Source: Lytechinus pictus
Lineage: Eukaryota
Direction of reading: 5' to 3'
NCBI RefSeq assembly: GCF_037042905.1
Contig: NC_087251.1
Location: 35,528,001-35,592,000 of the forward strand
DNA length: 64,000 bases
The notes beneath the pieces were generated by a model, which saw only the letters and a program-made list of their open reading frames with translations, was not told the DNA's origin and made no database searches. The position numbers and the translations under genes were made by a program. Shown one piece after another: positions 57,325 to 64,000 of this stretch. Every line of letters begins with the position of its first letter. The stretch's first letter is position 1.

Positions 57325-57737
57325 TGATGGTGATGATAACGGTGGTGATGTTGTGTGTTATGAAGATGGCAATGGAGACATGGATGAGGTGATAGTGGCA
57401 ATCATGGCAGTAGCGTTATGGATGATGAGGAAGATGATGATCATGATGATCATAATTATGATCATATCAATGGTGTTGGCGATTGAAATGGTTAAGTAGT
57501 TGACGATGATAATGTTGATGATTTTGAAGATGGGTATAATGATGAGATGATTATGCGTGTGGTGATATTGATGGAGTTTGAGGTGGATGATGAAGATGAT
57601 TTTTTTTAGGATAATGAAATTGATAGTTATGGTTATGATGAGAAAATAATCGCCATGATATTGACAGCTGATTACAATCGATTGTATATGATGATGGTGG
57701 TGGTGGTGGTGGTGGTGATGATGATAATGATGATGAA
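57325..57737. repeat. Degenerate (GAT)/(GGT) microsatellite
   Basis: Long low-complexity GAT/GGT run without a sustained ORF. Confidence 0.85.
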
Positions 57738-58842
57738 AATTTATTCTACTTATGTTTCCTAAATTTGGGGAAAAGTTTATGTTATGAAAATGTTGGTCTT
57801 ACCTGCCGAGGCTTAAAGCAGGCCTAATTCAGCTAGTAATATTCGATCGGATTGTGAAAACTAATCATTCGCCAAGAACTGAATCTGTCACGAATAGGAG
57901 TGTCGTTTGAAATAACAAATTCGTCATTTTATGATATACATACAAAGTTACAATCCATCCCCGAATATATGTTATGCTGCCATCGAATGTTTGTACCAAG
58001 TATTGAAAGTAAAGGAAATTGAAAATAGAAATACATTTTATTGGGAAGTTTATCATTACCTAATAGCGCTTCCATACAGCCGTGAACTTAGGAATACACA
58101 ACCCCCCCCCCCTCCTCCGCCCCCATATCGGAAAAGAGTCATTTTGATATACAGGCCTACATATACATTGTGACGAATTACGGGGATATATGGAGGCCTA
58201 CGGTCAAAGAGTATTAACATGGTGTCATGTAAGCCACCTATCCAATTCAAAATTATGATTTGCCACCCCCCATCCCTTTTCCGGTCTATCTTTTCTGTCC
58301 ATCTGACATCTGAGAACTTAAAATACACGTCTCCGTGCATTCACTCCCAAATATATTTTTACATGCCATATATCATTTCATTTATACACACGTCTCAAGC
58401 TCGCCTATATAAAAGATCGTTCAAAGTGGGGATGGGGTGTATTTGAAATTGATATTGGCACATGACGAAAGAAAACATGAGAGCCATCTCTCAACATACC
58501 TCCAGCGTCATGATGATCGCGTCAGATACCCTCCAAGCCCGTTGTCATGGCAAAGTAAATAAACAAACTCAAAACATATTGCACTCAATCACTTCTCTTA
58601 AAAAGCATATGATTGGAGTATGAGGACTAATATTCGTTCATGCCGGGAGTTGTCTAAATGTTTGATTCCCAACATACTTGTGCGGAAATGTCCATGTACC
58701 TTGATTCGAACTTTGATCCTGCCCCCGACTCTTTAGGCCTGTTTACAAACTTTGAGCTTCGAGCGCTTTGGATTTGGTACATTTTAAATCGTATCTTTAA
58801 ACCTTTTTTAATACATTCATATTTTTCATTATCTTGGATTCA

Positions 58843-59700
58843 CAGAGGCGTCGATCCTGGGGGGGCAGGGGGGGCGATCGCCCCACCAATGAAAATATTG
58901 GGGGGGGGGCAAACATATCGTTTTGCCCCCCCCCCCAATAATTCCGCATGCATGTGCAAAAATAAAATAAGATTGCAGTGTTACACAGAAATCAGCAAGC
59001 GAGATTGAGATACACAACTCGTTCTTTATTTAAAATCGTGCTCAAAATGTCCGTTTTTCAGATTGGAATATAAAAATTTTCAGCTCGCGCTTCGCGCTCG
59101 CATCATTTATGTACCAAAACCCATACTTTTCATGATTGATTAGGTGAACAGAATGTCCCGTTCTCAGTTCTAAACCTAAAAAGAACTCACGCTCCGATCT
59201 GCAATAATCTTTTGTTGAATATATATCGTGTTCTTTATTAAAAACGTCCATTAACCTGTCAATTTTTTCAGATCGAAATATCAAAATTTTCAGCTCGCGC
59301 TTCGCGCTCGCATCTATTGTTATTTTAGATACCCATTCTAATCATTAGTACCAAAAATTAATCTTTCAGGTCAGAATATAAAGAAATTTCAGCTCGCTCT
59401 CGTTACTCGCATTATCTGTGTAGTGAGATATGTATCCTCCACATGAGTTACTGCTACAAACAGTCCTAAACAGGTACCATTCCTGTTTTCAGGTCAGCAT
59501 TCTAAAAAATTTCAGCTCGCGCTTCGCGCTCGCATTAATTTGTTGGTGAGATATGTGTCCGAGTCTCTTTCTCACATATATATATATATAATAATTAGGC
59601 CTGTGTGTGTGTGTGGGTGAGTTTGTTTGGTGTGATCGAGCGCCTTTAGAACGATTCATGATTTTGCCCCCCCAATCTGAAAAATGGATCGACGCCACTG
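58843..59700. mobile_element. hAT-like non-autonomous element with internal tandem units
   Basis: CAGAGGCGTCGATCC ... GGATCGACGCCACTG termini. AAATTT(T)CAGCTCGCGCTTCGCGCTCGCAT occurs at about 59073, 59283 and 59505, with a variant at 59384. Confidence 0.8.
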
Positions 59701-61394
59701 TCTTGGAATATAGACGAAGGGAGTGTTCCTTTAACCTGCATGCTATGCTTAGAGTCATCATTTGTTGCTATATATGCCTTGTGCACGAGCTGCCTGTCAA
59801 TCCTTCGGTCGCTTTCAGGTTTTCAAGAATAATAAATGGAATGTTTTAATAAACAGTTCTATGATGAAGTCATGAAGAGTGTTCATGTGTTGAGTTTGCA
59901 ACGCATGCTTTTCCAATATTTTTAGAAATGTATGGTATAGCATCACATTATTTTTACTATTCTGTATAATTATTTGGGGAAGGGTGTGTCCACAAAACGC
60001 TTATATATCTCGATTTGTGTTGTTGACCTGCAATTTGGTCATTTTAGTATATGCTGCTGTCTAGAATAATAATTACCTTAAACAAATTTGTCAAGAACAA
60101 GCTTTTTTATTATAATATTGATCTCTTCCAACGCAGGGAGAAAAACGAAAGTGGACGAATTTATAGATCGACGTTTTACCTTCTAACATTGTATTGGTTT
60201 TCAACACCTAATTAATGCAGCGGGGAGGGATGGGGACGTATTGCCCCCTCTCCAAAAAAAATCGAACCTTGAATTTCTTAGAGTACATTTTCTTCGAAAT
60301 CCACCAAAATCTATATCAAGTTTGAAATTGAAAAGATCCTCGTGAACAACTTGGTCCCTTCACTCCCTCGCTTGCGCAACATCGTTTTACATATTCTTGC
60401 ACCCCCTCCCCCTGTCTCGATGTTGGAAACACGATTATGTCGTAATGTTTATATCCATGTAGCCATTCAAATTGCCTCCTTGATCTACCAGCGACTCGGT
60501 ACGACTAGAGATCGTTGATAAATTTCGTCCGAATTTGAAAACTATTGGCGTATGAATGAGACAATGGGGCTATTTTTTTTTTTTATAGGTGTGCTATTCT
60601 GAAGAAAAAAATGCAAGCGAGCGAGAAAAAAAATTAAAATTTAATTCAAATAATTTTGTGATTAATTCGACGTCGGAAAAGTGATACTAAAGCAAATTTC
60701 ATAAAATTGATAATGAAAAATACTCTGAAAAAAAATTGCGGGGGGCATGCAAACCCCACCATTACACGAGCGTTTGCAAAGTCTGATTCACAAACGTTTG
60801 CAAAATAATATCTGAAACTATAAGTGCAAGAAATTTCGCCTCTGACAATGAGAGAATTGGTGCAATAAAATCATAACGCTTACAATAGTAAGTTTGTGTA
60901 TTCGAAGCCAAAGGCGGGCATATACTGAATTTTCAAATCCCCCTTTTTTGTGTTTGAAATACAAGCAAGACTCTGACAAATCAATCATAAGACTCTTGCC
61001 TAGTGCGGATCAAGGGCAGGTGGTGTTCGGATTGAAATAGGTAGGAGTGTGTGACCCGAAAATCTGAAACCATATACCGTTGAAAAGTTAAGAACTGAAT
61101 TTACAATGATTTCAGGGGCCAAAGAATTATAGATTCCCCTCTGCAAATGAGAGTGCTTAGGATATATGAAATGGGGGCATTCGAGAACTGACACCTGAAA
61201 TTACGGGCTAAGGAATGGGGAGAAGCGGTTGGTCAGTGAAAAGAGGTGAAAATGATATCCGAAATTGGGAACTTCTGGCAATGCGTGAAAAGGGGATGGG
61301 GCTTTATTAAGGGCCACACATACCCGTACTGCCTATAATTTATATCATATGTGTGAGTGCCCCCCCCCCCCCCTCCCAGGATATTAAAGAGACG

Positions 61395-61734
61395 AAAAAG
61401 TCGTACGAAAAACAAGTTCGCATCCCGGGTAGTTCCAGAAGACGCGAAGAAGACGAGAAGAACTTTGCCTTTTCGATCTTCCCGCCCTGCGGACAACTTC
61501 CGAAGATCAGCTGTATTCCCTAGTGATGTAATGTGACTGTGTTGCGTCTATCGATCGCTTCTTCGCTGACTGGCGGACTCGTAAAAACGCAAAACAATGA
61601 AATGCATTGCTGGGCATTCGCGATACATGTGTGAAGCCCAGATCCTTCACATTCATTTGAACGTCGCTTGCTTCACACTCACTGTAAATGTGGATTACTT
61701 CTCAGGAGTATAATCATATTTTAATAAGGTATGT
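61395..61734 (+). promoter_or_regulatory. Candidate promoter / non-coding first exon of an unidentified downstream gene
   Basis: CpG-rich unique sequence ending in a consensus donor AAG|GTATGT at 61728/61729; no coding exon was recognised in the window. Confidence 0.3.
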
Positions 61735-63331
61735 ATTTTTATCCGAGTTCTGTTTAAAAACCGAATGCCTTGGTGTTATTATCTTAGAAGTATATATTAG
61801 TTTTGTTTAAGGAGAGTAAGATATTCGTGGGTATTAAGCGGAATATGAGGAGACACAGCGATCGAGAGACGGTAGGAGAAAGAAAAATAAGCTGTGATGT
61901 GTGTTAAAGGGAAATGGACATTTCGTTTACTTGTCAAACGTCTTCGTACAATCTTGGCTGAAAAAGAATAGAAGAAAATGCACATGATTTACATCGTTTC
62001 CCCCCAAACGTGCCCAACATACTGCATTAGAAGGTGTCTGGTAGGGAGGCAGTCTCATATCTGACGGGAGCTCGCTTCTAAGCGTTTGAAATTGTATCAC
62101 TTTACTTTGACCTTTCAAAGTGTTTTTCATATCTTTATTCATGAATAAGAGAAAGTGAGGTAGGTGCTCTCTTTCCATGTGAAATGTTTTCGAGGCATTC
62201 TGATGCATATGGTAATCTAAGTTCGCTATTAATTTTTGTTCAGACAAAATAGCTCCTTCCTTTCAAAAGTAATGCGGGCAAATTGAGAACTATATCTGCT
62301 TCAAAATGTTATTTGTTTTTAAGATTTATTTGTGGGATATTTCGTTCCATTACCTAAATTTACTAAGCAGTTATGAGCACTTTGCTTCATAATTTACGAG
62401 ATGTGTAATAAGACTTGCTAGGTTTAAATTTTGCCAAAACTCATTTATGCCTAGAAGTTGATTCAAGAAAACATAGATGTTCCGGAAATTAACAAGTCCT
62501 ATGTAATTTAACATTGGTAAACTGAAATAAAAGCTAAAGGTTGTGATTTCAAGTTACTGTCATTATGAAAACCTTTGATTCAGTCAATATACATTTGAAT
62601 ATTATTGGGGACGTTTTCTGCTTAGCAACACACGGGCAAAAGACTTCGTTCCAAAGCAAACTTTGCATGCTCCGTGGTTCTAATTGTGACTTAAATTGTT
62701 AATTAATCTGGAATGATATACTTAATTGGGGGCAAAGAACAAATTCAACATTCTCAAACTTGAATTCTCGAGTCATGCATAATTCTGAATACTGATGTAT
62801 GGGCTAATTCATTGTTTGGCCAATTACTAGTACTTCTTTGACTACGGATGAGATTGCTGTAACGCTTGAATGGGACTCTTATTGTATGTGCGTGTTCCCT
62901 TAGTGTGAGGAGATTTGGGGTTTCGTCTTGAGCACGCCAAGGCACCGGTTGCCATGGACGCGGCCCAATACAATAGCGACATCTGTAAACTTTTCTGCTG
63001 ACCCCAACCAGTGGGTCGTTTGCCTGCTACCCGATGTGTCGATAGTATACCAGTCTCGTTGTCTGCCCTCTCCTTTTATTTCTTTTTTATTATTCAATAA
63101 TCCATGTACTTTCAAAAACATGCTGCTCGCAGAGCGCATAAGCTTATCTTCATTTCATTACCATAATGAATAATCTCCCCACAAATTTATACATAGTACA
63201 TGTACGTTATATTTGAAGAGAGAAAAAAAATATATATATATGAAGAGAAAAAAGGGCACCGTTGTCTTCCATCATAATGTGTTAGTGTTTTAATCAAAGG
63301 ATATTTACCATACTATTTTGATGTTGTGGAG

Positions 63332-63594
63332 CAGTGGCGTACAGATGGGGGCTTAGGGGCGCTTGCCCCACCCCACCCCATTTTTTCTCGACCAAGAAAA
63401 AAAAAATTCTAAGGAAAGAGAGAAGGGTAAAATATGAAATTATTTTCTTAATTATTATGTAAAAAACTATCAAAAATTTGATTTTTATAATAAAAATGTC
63501 AAAATTTTTGCTCGCTCGCTTGCAACTTTCTATGAAATTTAGCCAAATAAGCCATAATCTAGCCCCCTCAAAATTTTGGCTCATTACGCTACTG
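63332..63594. mobile_element. hAT-like MITE with 8-bp TSD
   Basis: TTGTGGAG|CAGTGGCGTA ... TACGCTACTG|TTGTGAAG. Confidence 0.8.
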
Positions 63595-64000
63595 TTGTGA
63601 AGCCCTAATTTTGAGACCATAATGGTTGTCAACTTGTGATTTGATTTCGCTTTGAAGGCGATGATATATTGTTGACCAACGTTTATTGTGTTTGTTGCCA
63701 TCCCCGGTTCGCATTGTCCGACGGGCCACTCTCCTTGTAAGACATTGATACAATGGCTGGTTGCTTGGTGCAAGGAGATCAATAGGAGTTGCCAGGGTTA
63801 AGGGGGCCGTCACACCTCAACGTTCTATAGCCAGCGTGTGCCCACGTACTGCACGCGTGACCAACCGTTTTCTACTTTAATCCAAATCCTTAAAACACGC
63901 ATTCCGTTCTTTATATCAATTTTCGCATTTTGTTAACTAACTCAAAATATCAAGAATTCAAATCATTTTTATGAAGAAACGTTTGCGTTGTTAACGGAAA

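Noticed and set aside
57795..57930. Minus-strand donor CAG|GTAAGA near 57800 with a nearby ATG
   Set aside because: The ATG frame stops before the donor and no partner exon was found.
63294..63813. 162-aa and 74-aa minus-strand ORFs
   Set aside because: The longer one runs through a hAT MITE, and neither has a recognisable motif.

Overview
AT-rich, repeat-dense animal genomic DNA; the repeat types suggest a marine invertebrate deuterostome such as a sea urchin (inference only). Two intact spliced genes lie head-to-head with only 99 bp between their start codons. POLR3F/RPC6 (RNA polymerase III subunit) is on the minus strand: 8 coding exons, 28245-34752, 311 aa. KAT5/Tip60 (MYST acetyltransferase) is on the plus strand: 11 coding exons, 34852-52523, 478 aa, or 469 aa with an alternative acceptor. 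The rest is intron or intergenic DNA carrying a decayed Tx1/L1-type LINE, a Crack/L2-type LINE 3' fragment, several SINEs and many non-autonomous DNA transposons (Harbinger-, piggyBac-, Kolobok-, hAT-, CACTA- and Tc1-like ends). The most notable observations are: (1) a SINE whose head looks 7SL(SRP)-RNA-derived and is fused to a Deu/Nin-like domain; (2) a tRNA-SINE family with swapped tails, one of which matches the LINE 3' stem-loop in this window with compensatory base changes; (3) a tandem array of KAT5 C-terminal coding copies just past the stop codon, one of which forms an in-frame candidate alternative last exon; (4) an in-frame duplicated splice acceptor in KAT5; (5) an inverted transposon pair bracketing the KAT5 catalytic exons. 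All coordinates and alignments were made by eye and no database searches were run.
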